From: Bifidobacteriaceae bacterium | GTDB taxonomy: Bacteria > Actinomycetota > Actinomycetes > Actinomycetales > WQXJ01 | DNA length: 64,000 bases | Assembly (NCBI GenBank): GCA_031270825.1 | Contig: JAISXH010000041.1 | Span: forward strand, 4,514-68,513 | Reading direction: 5' to 3' | Shown here: one piece after another, positions 8,149-18,513 of the stretch | Layout: each line of letters begins with the position of its first letter | Numbering within the stretch: the first letter of the stretch is position 1 | Notes under the pieces: generated by a model | Seen by the model: the letters and a program-made list of their open reading frames with translations, nothing else | The model's database searches: none | Told to the model about the DNA's origin: nothing | Program-made: the position numbers and the translations under genes

Positions 8149-10722
8149 TCAGTTGGCTGCGCCCAGGTCGGCCGGGGTCACGATCACGGCGCCGTCGCGA
8201 TCAGTTCGCCTCACTTCGCACAGGCTTCCGTACAATTCCAGGGCTGTGCCGCTGGGGTGGCCGTAGGGATTGTCTTGCCCAGCGCTCATCACCGCCAGCG
8301 CCGGCGCCAGGGCTTTGGCCAGACGTTCCGACTGGTCGGCCGAGCCATGGTGGGCCACCACCACCAAGCCGCCGGCGCTCAGGACCGTGGAGCCCGGGCC
8401 GTTCTCGCTGATCAAGTCGGCCAGCAGGGCTGATTGCCCGGCGCCTTCGAGATCCCCCAGGCACCACACCACAGCGCCTCGCACTGAGGCCGTCACCGTC
8501 AGCCCGGCGTTATTGGCAGCCTCCGATTCACCGCCGCCGCCAGTTCCGTCCCTGTTCCCGCCTCCGGCGTTCTTGGGGCACAGGGCCGCCAAGGCCGAGG
8601 GATGAATTGTCAGTTCGACCATTCCGACCTGGCCCGAAACGGGCTCGCCGCTCGGAATCTGCCGCACGGCCGCCCCGGCCGCCTGGGCCAGTGCGACCGC
8701 CGGGGCGGGGTCCAGGCCACAAGGGTCGCCATGGACCAATTCGCCCAGCGCGCGTCCTCTCAACGCTTCTGCCAGCCCGCCCACATGATCGGCGTGGAAG
8801 TGGGTCAACACGACCAATTCGAGGCGCCGCACACCGAGCTGATCGAGGCACTGGTCCACGCCGCCGCGCTCCGGTCCGGCGTCGACCAGGATGGCTGCTT
8901 CGGGACCGGCCCGAATCGCCACGGCGGTTCCCTGTCCGACGTCGCAGACCGCCGCCACCCAGTCATCTGGCACGCCCCGGCCCAGGGCGGTCAGGGCCGG
9001 TCCACGGGCCGGCCCCGCCGCGATGGCCGTGACAGCCACCAAGACCAGCGCGATCCGCCGGTAGAGCCGCCGCCGCGCCAGCCACCATCCGCCCAGCCCC
9101 AAGACGCCGGTGGCCGCCACCGCCAGAGCGAACCCGCCCAGGCCGGCTGGCCAGGAAATCGACGCCAGCGGCCATCCGGCCACCCAGGTCGCGACGGCGC
9201 CAATGTAGCCGGCCGCCCAATTGCCGACCGCCGCCGCCGCGCCTCCCAGGGCCGGCGACCACGGATCGGCCATGAGGGACACCATCGCGCTGATCGTGGC
9301 CACCGGCACGGCCGGCGCCGCCAAGAGATTCGCCGGCAAGGCGGTCAGCGAGATCTGCCCCGCGAAGATCGTTATGATCGGCGCGCAGACGAGCTGGGCC
9401 GAGGCGGTCAGCGCGGCGGCCTCCACCACAGCCCGGGGCAGGCGCCGCCAGCGGCGGCGGACGGCCAGGGCCAGCGGTGGCGCCAGGACTATCAGCCCGG
9501 CCGTCGCCAAGGCGGACAGGAGCAGGCCGTAGGACCGGGCCAGCCAAGGGTCGGCCAGAAGAACCAACAGAACGGCGCCCGCCAACGCTCCCAGGGCCAG
9601 CCGGGTCTTGCCGAAAGCGATCCCGGCCAAGGCCGCCAGCCCCATCGCCACCGCCCGCCAGACCGACGGCCCGGGGCCGATCAGGGCCGCGAAACCGGCC
9701 AACGTGACCACACCCCAACCAGCCATGGCCCAGCGTGAACAGCCCGCCAGGGCGGCCAATCCGAGCACCGCCCCCAGCACGATCGCCACATGCGCGCCGG
9801 AAACCGCCGTGATGTGGGTCAGCGAGGTCGCCTTCAGATCCGCGTCCAATCCCGTCGCCAGGCGGCTGGTGTCGCCCAGGGCGATCCCTTCCAGGAGGGG
9901 ATTGGCCTGCTCGCCCAGTCCGGCCCTGAGGTCCCAGACCAATCCCCGCCAACCATCCGGGCGGGCCGCGCTGACCGAACCGATGGCCTTCGCCAGCAAC
10001 CGTTCCGGATCGGCCGATTCGGTCCCGGCCAGCCGGGCCCGAAACCGCAGGATCGATCCCGCCGCCGGTGGCTCGCCTTCGAACAGCGCCCTAGTCGGCA
10101 CGCCGGGGCCACCTTCGGCCCCCTCAAGCCAGGCCACGCCGACGGCCGTCACCGAGCCGGCGCCCCAAGGCGACGCCCGGACTTTGGCCGGTTGGTTCAG
10201 CCGCAGCACCAGGTCCACCCTGGCTTCGGCGCCGCCGGCACGGCCCAGACCAGACCGCTGCCAGGCCAGTCCCTGCAGGCCGGATGCGGCCACCACCACG
10301 CCACTGACCAGCAAAATCGCCGCGACCAGGGCGACAGCGGCGCTTGGTCGCGCCCTACCGCCGGCCCCTCCGGGCCGCCGCGCCAGTCGGCTAGGCGACT
10401 GGTTGGCCTTGCGCCCGTCGGCGCGCCTGTCCCCCGCCGCCGTGGCCCTGCGTCCGGCCCGGACGAAGCCGCCGCCGCGGTCCTCATCGGCGCGGCCCTC
10501 GCCGCAGCGCTCCTCACCGCCGCAGTCCTCGCCGGCGCGGCCGGCCGGAAGCGGCCGGCCGCTCCACGTCCACACCGACGCGCTCAGCATCACCACGCCT
10601 GCAACCAGCAAGACCAGGCCGAGGACCGTCGCGACGCCGCGCGGCCAACCGATGGCCACCGCCAAGACCGCCCAGGCCGCGGCCACCGGCGCAGCCAAGC
10701 GCAGATCGACGGCCGCGAACAC
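8149..10722 (-). CDS. comEC: DNA internalisation competence protein ComEC/Rec2
   Basis: 857 aa with a multi-TM competence domain plus a C-terminal metallo-beta-lactamase motif VLTHFHADHVGG. 1-nt overlap with the comEA stop. Confidence 0.85.
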   Translation of the reverse strand: MFAAVDLRLAAPVAAAWAVLAVAIGWPRGVATVLGLVLLVAGVVMLSASVWTWSGRPLPAGRAGEDCGGEERCGEGRADEDRGGGFVRAGRRATAAGDRRADGRKANQSPSRLARRPGGAGGRARPSAAVALVAAILLVSGVVVAASGLQGLAWQRSGLGRAGGAEARVDLVLRLNQPAKVRASPWGAGSVTAVGVAWLEGAEGGPGVPTRALFEGEPPAAGSILRFRARLAGTESADPERLLAKAIGSVSAARPDGWRGLVWDLRAGLGEQANPLLEGIALGDTSRLATGLDADLKATSLTHITAVSGAHVAIVLGAVLGLAALAGCSRWAMAGWGVVTLAGFAALIGPGPSVWRAVAMGLAALAGIAFGKTRLALGALAGAVLLVLLADPWLARSYGLLLSALATAGLIVLAPPLALAVRRRWRRLPRAVVEAAALTASAQLVCAPIITIFAGQISLTALPANLLAAPAVPVATISAMVSLMADPWSPALGGAAAAVGNWAAGYIGAVATWVAGWPLASISWPAGLGGFALAVAATGVLGLGGWWLARRRLYRRIALVLVAVTAIAAGPARGPALTALGRGVPDDWVAAVCDVGQGTAVAIRAGPEAAILVDAGPERGGVDQCLDQLGVRRLELVVLTHFHADHVGGLAEALRGRALGELVHGDPCGLDPAPAVALAQAAGAAVRQIPSGEPVSGQVGMVELTIHPSALAALCPKNAGGGNRDGTGGGGESEAANNAGLTVTASVRGAVVWCLGDLEGAGQSALLADLISENGPGSTVLSAGGLVVVAHHGSADQSERLAKALAPALAVMSAGQDNPYGHPSGTALELYGSLCEVRRTDRDGAVIVTPADLGAAN

Positions 10723-11558
10723 TAGAAGGCGACCGCCTCGGCCAGACCGGCCAGTATCTTGGACCCGATCCCGCTCACTTCGCCGAGATCATCCAACCCG
10801 CCGAACGGCCCATTCGCCTCGCGGAAGGCGACTATCCGCCCGGCCAAGACCGGCCCGATCCCCGGCAGCGCCGTCAGCGCCTGCGCGTCAGCCTGGTTGA
10901 CGTTGATCTTCCCATCACTGGACGCGCCTTCCCCGCCTTGACCACCCGTCGCCCCATTTGCCCCACTGCCGCCCCCGGCCCCGGTCGAACCCGACACCGG
11001 CGGCGGCGTCTCACCCGGTCTGGGCACGTAGACCCGTTCGCCGTCGCCGACCCAAGCGGCCAGGTTGAGGGCGGCCAGATCGGCCTCGGCGGTCGGGCCC
11101 CCGGCCGCGTCGATCGCGTCGACGACCCGCGCCCCGGCCTCCAGCTCGTAGACTCCCGGGGCGGCCACCGCCCCGGCCACATGCACCACCAACCTGGCCG
11201 GACTGGCGCCAGCAGACTGCCCGGCCGCGCCGTCGGGCTGAGCTGTCTGAGTCGCGCCACCCGCCGCACCCGACGAGGCGGCCCAGGACGCCACACTGGC
11301 GGCCCCGAAGGCCGCTTGGTCGGATTGATTTCCCATCGCGGCCAGCCAGGACGGGACCAATAGGGCCGCCCCGGCCAACAGCGCCACCGCGGCCAGACCG
11401 ATGGCCGCCCACCGGCTCGGGGCCAAACGCAAACGCGGCCGGGCGTGGGCGCCTCCCGGCCGCTCCCCGGCTTCGGCCGCCGCCAGCCGCGCGCGTAGAC
11501 GCAGCCGCGACAAGACGTCATCGGACGAGCCGAGCGGCTCCCCGCCGGGATCGGGCAT
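10722..11558 (-). CDS. comEA: ComEA-like DNA receptor (SLBB + helix-hairpin-helix)
   Basis: TM anchor, VVHVAGAVAAPGVYELEAGARVVDAI (SLBB-like), and a C-terminal INVNQADAQALTALPGIGPVLAGRIVAFR HhH. Confidence 0.8.
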   Translation of the reverse strand: MPDPGGEPLGSSDDVLSRLRLRARLAAAEAGERPGGAHARPRLRLAPSRWAAIGLAAVALLAGAALLVPSWLAAMGNQSDQAAFGAASVASWAASSGAAGGATQTAQPDGAAGQSAGASPARLVVHVAGAVAAPGVYELEAGARVVDAIDAAGGPTAEADLAALNLAAWVGDGERVYVPRPGETPPPVSGSTGAGGGSGANGATGGQGGEGASSDGKINVNQADAQALTALPGIGPVLAGRIVAFREANGPFGGLDDLGEVSGIGSKILAGLAEAVAF

Positions 11559-11719
11559 GACCCAACGCTAGGCGCCCCGGCCCAGCCCCCTGCCCAGAAA
11601 CGGGAAGCCCTGTGGACAATAGGGCCGCCCGGTCAACGGCCGGGCGCGCTACCCGCATGGCCGCGGGGATCACACAGTTAACAGCTGCCCGATGACGTCC
11701 GGGCCGCCGCCAAGTCTGG

Positions 11720-12613
11720 TCACCCTTTGACGGCGCCTTGCGTCACTCCTGCCATCACCCAACGCTGGGTGAACAGATAGACGATGATCGCGGGGGCCAT
11801 CGCCATCAGGTAGGAGGCGAAAGCGACGTTGTAGTTGCTGGAGAACTGGGTTTGGAACAGGTTCTGGCGCACCGGAAGGGTCTGCAGCGCCGGGTCGGAG
11901 ATGATCAGCGACGGCATCATGAAGTCGTTCCAGGCGTACAGGAAGGCGAAGATGCCAACTGTCGCGCTCATCGGCGCCAACAGCGGGAACACCAGTTTCC
12001 AGAACGTTTGCCAGATGGTGGCGCCGTCGATGCGCGCGCTCTCTTCGATCTCGATCGGAATGGATCGCAGGAAGGCTGTGTACAGCATCACCGAGAAACT
12101 CATTTGGAACATGGTCGCCAAGAGGATCACGCCGAGCGGGTTGTCTAGGCCGACCCGGCCGGTCAGTTGGATCTGCGGCAGCGCCACCACCGGGAACGGT
12201 ATGAACATCGCCGCCAGGAGGTAGAAGAACGAGTAACGGAAAAGCCGACGGTCCCAATTGCGCACAATTGCGTAAGACGCCCAGGCGGCCAGGATGATGG
12301 TGGCGATCACGGTGCCGGCCGTCACCAGCAGCGAAATGCCGGCGCCGACCGGGAACTTGGTCAGCTTCCAGGCCTGGACAAAACCGTCGATGCTGAACGG
12401 GGCCGGCAGCGAGAAGGCGTTGCCGTCGACCGCCTGTCCGGTGGTCTTGAACGCCATCGAGATGGTCACGTAAAGCGGCAGGATCACCGTCACCGCGCAA
12501 AGAATCAGGATGATGGTTCCCGGACGGTTAACCCGGCCCCTCGTCCCATGCCGTTTGCGGCCGCCGGCTCTTGGCGCCCGGGTCACCGCGGGTTTGGATT
12601 GCTGCGGCATCAC
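11720..12613 (-). CDS. carbohydrate ABC transporter permease
   Basis: 6-TM ORF with the EAA loop ESARIDGATIWQTFWKLVFPL. Confidence 0.85.
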   Translation of the reverse strand: MMPQQSKPAVTRAPRAGGRKRHGTRGRVNRPGTIILILCAVTVILPLYVTISMAFKTTGQAVDGNAFSLPAPFSIDGFVQAWKLTKFPVGAGISLLVTAGTVIATIILAAWASYAIVRNWDRRLFRYSFFYLLAAMFIPFPVVALPQIQLTGRVGLDNPLGVILLATMFQMSFSVMLYTAFLRSIPIEIEESARIDGATIWQTFWKLVFPLLAPMSATVGIFAFLYAWNDFMMPSLIISDPALQTLPVRQNLFQTQFSSNYNVAFASYLMAMAPAIIVYLFTQRWVMAGVTQGAVKG

Positions 12614-13515
12614 AGAGAACTCCTTCCGCGAGTGAGCCTGAGTTGGAGGATCGATATGACCACAGCGACTATGAAGAAGATGGTCGCGTTAGCCATCTGG
12701 TAGGCGTAATCGCCGCCGTTGAAACCCGCGATGATGGTCATCGCGATGGACCGAGTGGCCGTGCCGGGGCCCCCGTTGGTCAGGCCGACAATGATGTCGT
12801 AGGCGTTCAGAAAGCCCTTGAAGCTCAGAATCACGTTGATCACGACATATCCGGAGACCAGCGGGACCGTGATCCGGAGCAACTGCGCCCGCTTGGAGGC
12901 GCCATCGAGATCGGCCGCCTCGTAGACGTCCCCAGGCACTGACGTCAATCCCGCTATGTAGATCAACATGGTGCCGGGAATCGCCTGCCAGGCGGTGACG
13001 ATCACAATCGCCACCCAGGCCAGGTCGGCGTTGGCCAGCAGGCTCGTTTCCAACCACGGGATGCCCAGCGCCTGGCCCGCGGCCGGCACCGAATTGGAGA
13101 AGAGGAAATTGAAAACGTAGGCGATGATGATGCCGGAGACGACCATCGGGATCACAAATACCGCCCGCAGCGGCGTCCTCAACCGGATACGGGAGGTCAG
13201 CCCCAGGGCCAGCCCGAACGCCACCACGTTGACCACGACTACGGTCGCCAAGGCGAAGCCGAAGGTGAAGAGGTAGCTCTGCAGGATCGCGGGATCGGAG
13301 AACAGGGCGATGTAATTCGTCAGCCCGGTGAAGCTCCAATCGCCCAGGCCGATCGAGTCGGTGAAGCTGAACAGGATACCGATCACCCCCGGCACTGTGA
13401 TCGCCAGCGTGAACAGGGTCAGGCTGGGCAACAGGAAGAGGTAATAGATTGGCTCCACACGACGGCGGCGCGCTTTGGGGCGGCGGCGGGAAACGCTCGA
13501 CGCTGGCAGGCTCAC
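12610..13515 (-). CDS. carbohydrate ABC transporter permease
   Basis: 6-TM ORF with the EAA loop YEAADLDGASKRAQLLRITVPL. 4-nt overlaps on both sides. Confidence 0.85.
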   Translation of the reverse strand: MSLPASSVSRRRPKARRRRVEPIYYLFLLPSLTLFTLAITVPGVIGILFSFTDSIGLGDWSFTGLTNYIALFSDPAILQSYLFTFGFALATVVVVNVVAFGLALGLTSRIRLRTPLRAVFVIPMVVSGIIIAYVFNFLFSNSVPAAGQALGIPWLETSLLANADLAWVAIVIVTAWQAIPGTMLIYIAGLTSVPGDVYEAADLDGASKRAQLLRITVPLVSGYVVINVILSFKGFLNAYDIIVGLTNGGPGTATRSIAMTIIAGFNGGDYAYQMANATIFFIVAVVISILQLRLTRGRSSL

Positions 13516-14840
13516 TTGACAGACTCCTTCGCTTCGGCGGCCGCCTTAGGAGCGCGAAAAGCCACCCGCGCCCAGTCAGCGTCCATGGTGGCCAGTATCT
13601 CGGCCGGATCGGACCCCAGAACCAATGCCTGGGTGTAGTTGAAGGTCGGGATCGTCTTGGGCACCAGGACCGACGGGCCCTGGTAGATCCGACCGTCGTT
13701 GTAGTACTCGACCATCCCGGCGACCCGGGGATCGCTGGGCGGCGCCGCGTCGGTGACGGGCGTGAACCCAAGCTGAGAGGCGTTATACGACTCGATCACC
13801 TCTGGCTGGTAGAGATAGGCCAGGAAATCGCGAGCGGCCTCCTGGTGCTTCGATTCAACCGGGATCATCGCGGCCAGGTCCATGTTCACCCGGACGGCCA
13901 GATCTGCCGGGTCGCTGGTCATGGGCAGCGGAAAAGTCCCCAGTTCCAGGTCGGGGGCGGTCTTCGCGATCTCGGAGAAGGCCCAGGGGCCCTGAAGGTA
14001 CATGGCCGCCTGGCCTTCGGCGAAGGCAACGTTGCCGTCGCCATAAGCGCGGCTGGCCGCGTCCGCGTTGACATAGTTTTCGGCCAGATGGACCATATCG
14101 CCCACCGGATCGGCGAAGTCCTTTTGGAAGGATGTCGCCGAATCGGCGCCGACGGCCGCGCCCTCGGCGTTCATGGCATCGAAGAATTGAAGCACGTCCA
14201 GCGAGCCGCCGACCGAGTAGTCGTACCATCCCTGCGCCACGGTCCAGTCATCCTTGAAAGTGGCGTAGAACGGCGTCACCCCGACCGCTTCGAGTTTGTC
14301 GCAGACTTCGATCAACTCCTCCCAGGTGGTGGGGACCTCGAGCTCGTGCTCGGCGAAGATCGCTTTGTTATAGATCACCGACGCGGCCATCACCGAATAG
14401 GGCAGCGCGCTGATACGGCCTTCGCACTTGCCGTATTGGTCGATCAGTGGCTGCAACTCCGGCGGAGATTGCGCCGCCGCCTCGGTGCCCGCCAGGTCGC
14501 TGAGCGTGCATCGCTCAACGAATCGGGCGACCTCGAAGTTGTAGTTGGCCAGCATGATGTCTGGCGGCTTGCCGCGCACAAAGCTGGCCGAGATCGGATC
14601 GACACCGGACGTGTCCATCTTGACCAGAATCTGGTCCTGGGAAGCGTTGTAGTCCGCCACCACGGCCTCCATGAAGGCGATCGCCTCGCGCTTGGAGAAC
14701 GTGAAACGAATCACCTCCGGACCCTCGGCCGCGCAGCCGGCCAACACGGCGCCCGCCACGACGAACGCCATCGCCTGGGCAATCATGCGTCGAGAAGGCT
14801 TCATTTCTTTCTTAGGCTTCATTACCTTTCCTTCACTCAC
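13512..14840 (-). CDS. sugar ABC transporter substrate-binding lipoprotein
   Basis: Signal peptide with lipobox VLAGC, about 440 aa, first gene of the permease operon. The exact start among the N-terminal Met codons is uncertain. Confidence 0.8.
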   Translation of the reverse strand: MSEGKVMKPKKEMKPSRRMIAQAMAFVVAGAVLAGCAAEGPEVIRFTFSKREAIAFMEAVVADYNASQDQILVKMDTSGVDPISASFVRGKPPDIMLANYNFEVARFVERCTLSDLAGTEAAAQSPPELQPLIDQYGKCEGRISALPYSVMAASVIYNKAIFAEHELEVPTTWEELIEVCDKLEAVGVTPFYATFKDDWTVAQGWYDYSVGGSLDVLQFFDAMNAEGAAVGADSATSFQKDFADPVGDMVHLAENYVNADAASRAYGDGNVAFAEGQAAMYLQGPWAFSEIAKTAPDLELGTFPLPMTSDPADLAVRVNMDLAAMIPVESKHQEAARDFLAYLYQPEVIESYNASQLGFTPVTDAAPPSDPRVAGMVEYYNDGRIYQGPSVLVPKTIPTFNYTQALVLGSDPAEILATMDADWARVAFRAPKAAAEAKESVK

Positions 14841-15000
14841 ACTCTCGAACTTCGCCGATCACCGGACCAGACCGAATCCGCTGATCAAACCGATTCCCCG
14901 ACATCTCCGCCAGCGTTGCAGGGGGTGAATTAGTTGTCTAGCCCTCCAAGGAACCGGACCCATTTCGCTCCATTGCCTCGGGCTGAGTGATTTGGCCTGC

Positions 15001-16185
15001 TCAGATGCGCGCGATCACAGAGCTGATCGCCAGAGCGGCGGCGCCTCGCACCCAGGAGATGGAGCTGGCGAAGTCGACCTCGATCCGCAGCGGCGCCGCG
15101 TCCGGGTCGCGGTCCCCGGCGGCCGCCGCCCGCACCTTGTCTTGGGCGACATCCCACAGGCCGATTCCTTCGCCGCTCAGAATCACGGCCGGCTGCATGG
15201 TCAGATTGGCCGCGAGCGCGATCAGACGCCCCAGGCCGCAAGCGGCCGAGTCGACCAATCGCGCCGCCGCTGGCGGTTGCCCGGCCGCGCCGGCCGCCAG
15301 CAATTCGTCATAGCCGACCGGTCGCCCCAGGTCGTCAGCGGCTTGGGCTGTCAACCGCGGGATGGTCAGCAGACCGCCGGCGCAACCGGCGTGCCCACGG
15401 GCGCAGACTGGCCCGTCGACGCCCAGCGGGATGTGGCTGGCCAGACCCAGGCCCGCGTCCAACGGGCTGACCACCCGGTCTTGGCGGACCAGGCCATAGC
15501 CCACCCCGTGCCCGATGGTGATGACCGCGAAATCGGTCAGGTCCCGGCCCGGGCCGAACCAGTGCAGCCCGTGGGTCAGCCCGACAACGTCATTCTCAAC
15601 TGTGACCGGGATGCCGGCCGCGTCTTCGATCAGCGTCGCCAAGGGCACATCTTTCCACCCGAGGTCCGGCACCTGGGCGACCTGGCGGCCGTCTAGGACC
15701 GTCCCGCCCAGGCAGATTCCCAGCGCCGTCGGCTGCCCAGGCGCGGGCGGATGCCGGGCGACCAGCTCGGCCGCCATCGCGGCCACGCTCGCCGGCGTGT
15801 GGCCGGCCAGCGGACGGGTCTCGTGGACGGCCAGGTTGGCTTTCAGATCGGTCACCGCCAGGTGCATGGCGCTCGCGGTCAGCTTGATGCCGTAGATGGT
15901 GCCCACACCGGGGACTATGTCCAGCGGCCGGGTGGGACGCCCGGCTCCGTTGCCAGTGGTGTCGACGTCGATCTCCCTGAGCACTCCGGCGTCGAACAGG
16001 GGCCTCGTCAACCGGGTCAGGCTGGCCGGTGATAGCCTCAGCCGGTCCGCCAGACGCTTGCGGGTGATCGGCCCCAGGGCCACGATCATCCGGCCAAGCG
16101 CGGCCGCGCTGCTACTGACGCCGGCGCCGTCGGCCGCCTTGGCGCCGCTTGGCGTGTCCTGTGTGGCCCCGTCGCCGTTAGCCAT
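15001..16185 (-). CDS. ROK-family transcriptional regulator
   Basis: N-terminal wHTH (ITRKRLADRLRLSPASLTRLTRPL) plus a sugar-kinase-like fold with a Cys/His cluster PVCARGHAGC. Divergent from the alpha-glucosidase gene. Confidence 0.8.
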   Translation of the reverse strand: MANGDGATQDTPSGAKAADGAGVSSSAAALGRMIVALGPITRKRLADRLRLSPASLTRLTRPLFDAGVLREIDVDTTGNGAGRPTRPLDIVPGVGTIYGIKLTASAMHLAVTDLKANLAVHETRPLAGHTPASVAAMAAELVARHPPAPGQPTALGICLGGTVLDGRQVAQVPDLGWKDVPLATLIEDAAGIPVTVENDVVGLTHGLHWFGPGRDLTDFAVITIGHGVGYGLVRQDRVVSPLDAGLGLASHIPLGVDGPVCARGHAGCAGGLLTIPRLTAQAADDLGRPVGYDELLAAGAAGQPPAAARLVDSAACGLGRLIALAANLTMQPAVILSGEGIGLWDVAQDKVRAAAAGDRDPDAAPLRIEVDFASSISWVRGAAALAISSVIARI

Positions 16186-16255
16186 GATGTCCCCTTCGTT
16201 TTTTCCGGCCCTGTAACTATTACCGTAGCAGACGCGCTTGAGGTCGTCTATCCCC

Positions 16256-16285
16256 TTGACACACCGTTTTTTTCGTCTCTATACT
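16256..16285 (+). promoter_or_regulatory. sigma-70-like promoter: TTGACA, 18-nt spacer, TATACT
   Basis: Read directly in an AT-rich patch about 150 nt upstream of the alpha-glucosidase start. Lies in the divergent gap shared with the ROK regulator. Confidence 0.5.
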
Positions 16286-16437
16286 AATATCTCAGTAGGG
16301 CCCTCACTGAGGCCTGCGGGCGGCGACTTCGCGCACCTAGCGGGTTCACGGTGACGGCTGCGGCGACGGCGTCTCGGCGCCACCACGCCGCCGAACCAAA
16401 CCATCCCTCCCGACCTCAAGCGCAGACAGGAAGCATC

Positions 16438-18513
16438 GTGACCACAGCCACAGTGCCCACCACTTCGAAACCCGCCGCCGATGCCGAGTGGTGGCGCCAC
16501 GGCATCGTCTACCAGATCTATCCCCGGTCGTTCGCGGACTCCAACGGCGACGGGTTGGGCGACTTGCCCGGGGTGACCTCGCGCGTGCGCTACCTGGCCG
16601 AGCTGGGGGCCGATGCCGTCTGGCTGAGCCCGTTCTACCCGTCGGCACTGGCGGACGGCGGCTATGACGTCGACGACTACCGCGATGTCGCCCCCGAGCT
16701 GGGGACGCTGGCGGATTTCGACGTCATGGTGGCGGTGCTGCACGCGGCTGGCCTGCGCGTGATCGTCGACATCGTGCCGAATCACACCTCCAATCGGCAC
16801 GAATGGTTTCAGGCGGCGCTGGCGGCCGAACCCGGCTCGCCCGAGCGGGAACGCTACATCTTCCGGGACGGGCTGGGCCCGGACAAGACCAAGCCGCCGG
16901 CGGACTGGATCAGCGAGTTCGGCGGCCCGGCCTGGTCTCCCGTCGGCGACGGCCAGTTCTACCTCCATCTTTTCGCCCCTGAGCAGCCCGACCTCAACTG
17001 GGCGAATCCCGAGGTCAGGGCAGACTTTGTGAAGACGCTGCGGTTCTGGGCGGACCGCGGGGTGGACGGCTTCCGGGTGGATGTGGCGCACGCTTTGGCG
17101 AAAGACCTGACCGAGCCCCTGCCGACCTGGAGCGAAGTGACAGCCATGAGGCAGGGGCCCAGTCACCCCCTGTGGGACCGGGACGAGGTCGATCAGATCT
17201 ACGCCGAGTGGCGCGCGGTCTTCAACGAGTACGACCCGCCCCGTTCGGCGGTGGCCGAGGCCTGGGTGGAGGTCCCGGAGCGGCGGGCGCGCTACGCCAC
17301 GGCCAAATCGCTGGGTCAAGCCTTCAATTTCGATCTCTTGTTGTCTGACTTCGACGCTGACGAGTTCCGCCTGCGGATAACGCGGTCGCTTCAGGCCGCC
17401 CAGGCGGCCGGATCGTCCTCGACTTGGGTGCTGTCCAACCACGATGTCATCCGCCACGCCACCCGCCACGCCCTGCCGCCCGGCGGCCCGGACGGCCCTC
17501 AGGAGCGGAACCGCCAGTGGCTGGTGGCCCGCCACGCCGGCCAGGTGGCGCCAGCGGACGAGGCGCTGGGCCTGGCCCGGGCGCGGTGCGCCACCGCCGT
17601 GATCCTGGCCCTGCCCGGCAGCGCCTACCTCTACCAAGGCGAGGAGCTGGGCCTGCCGGAGGTGGTGGACCCGGCCGACCTGCCCGATTCGGAGCGGCAG
17701 GACCCCACCTTCTTCGGCTCTCCGGGGCGCGATATAGGACGCGATGGCGCCAGGGTGCCACTGCCCTGGACCGAGCACGGGCCCTCGTTCTCCTTCTCCC
17801 CTAGCCGGGCGCATATGACTCAGCCGGCCTGGTTCGGCGCCTTCTCGGTGGAGGCGCAGGCGGCCTCGCCGGACTCGACCTTGAATTTCTACCGGCGGGC
17901 GCTGGCGCTACGCCGCGAACTGCGTGCGGACCTGGGCGCCGCCGAGCCCGACCCGGCCGGCCCGGCTGGCTCGCCCGGCCCGGCTAGCTCTGCCCGCTCG
18001 GCCAGCCCGGGCAGCGCGGCCGAGGGCGGTCAGGTCGGCGCCGAGCTAGACGGCCTGGCCTGGCTGGACGCGCCTGCGGGCGCGCTCCATTTCGCGCGCC
18101 GAGCTTGGCACTGCGTGGCCAACTTCACGGCCGAGCCGTTCGACCTGCCCGACGGCGAGATGTTGCTGGTCAGCGGCCCGCTGGCGGAGGGGGGCCGTTT
18201 GGGCCCGGCCACCTGCGCCTGGCTGCGAGTTCCGGCCCAGCCGCACTCAGAATCAACGCTGGCGCGCCGGTCTCTTCGGGCCGGGACGGGCCGGACCGGG
18301 CCGGCGGCGGCTCAAACCACCAGGTTGACCAGCTTGGGGGGCCGTGCCACGACCCGTCGCACCGGCTTGCCGCCAAGGGCGGCCTGGACCGCCGGGTCGG
18401 CCAGCGCCGCCGCCTCCAGGTCCTCGGCCCCGATCGACGGCGCCACCTGCAAGCGGGCCCGCACCTTGCCCTGGACTTGGACCACCGCCGTGACGGTCTC
18501 CTCGACCAGGTAG
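16438..18513 (+). CDS. GH13 alpha-glucosidase / oligo-1,6-glucosidase-like
   Basis: GH13 regions VIVDIVPNHTS, DGFRVDVAHAL, AEAW and SNHDVIR. GTG at 16438 is preceded by AGGAAG. The first in-frame stop is only at 18511-18513, giving a 93-aa low-complexity tail. Confidence 0.85.
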   Translation: MTTATVPTTSKPAADAEWWRHGIVYQIYPRSFADSNGDGLGDLPGVTSRVRYLAELGADAVWLSPFYPSALADGGYDVDDYRDVAPELGTLADFDVMVAVLHAAGLRVIVDIVPNHTSNRHEWFQAALAAEPGSPERERYIFRDGLGPDKTKPPADWISEFGGPAWSPVGDGQFYLHLFAPEQPDLNWANPEVRADFVKTLRFWADRGVDGFRVDVAHALAKDLTEPLPTWSEVTAMRQGPSHPLWDRDEVDQIYAEWRAVFNEYDPPRSAVAEAWVEVPERRARYATAKSLGQAFNFDLLLSDFDADEFRLRITRSLQAAQAAGSSSTWVLSNHDVIRHATRHALPPGGPDGPQERNRQWLVARHAGQVAPADEALGLARARCATAVILALPGSAYLYQGEELGLPEVVDPADLPDSERQDPTFFGSPGRDIGRDGARVPLPWTEHGPSFSFSPSRAHMTQPAWFGAFSVEAQAASPDSTLNFYRRALALRRELRADLGAAEPDPAGPAGSPGPASSARSASPGSAAEGGQVGAELDGLAWLDAPAGALHFARRAWHCVANFTAEPFDLPDGEMLLVSGPLAEGGRLGPATCAWLRVPAQPHSESTLARRSLRAGTGRTGPAAAQTTRLTSLGGRATTRRTGLPPRAAWTAGSASAAASRSSAPIDGATCKRARTLPWTWTTAVTVSSTR

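Noticed and set aside
16279-17814. 511-aa minus-strand ORF opposite the alpha-glucosidase gene
   Set aside because: Shadow ORF; the GH13 catalytic regions are on the plus strand.
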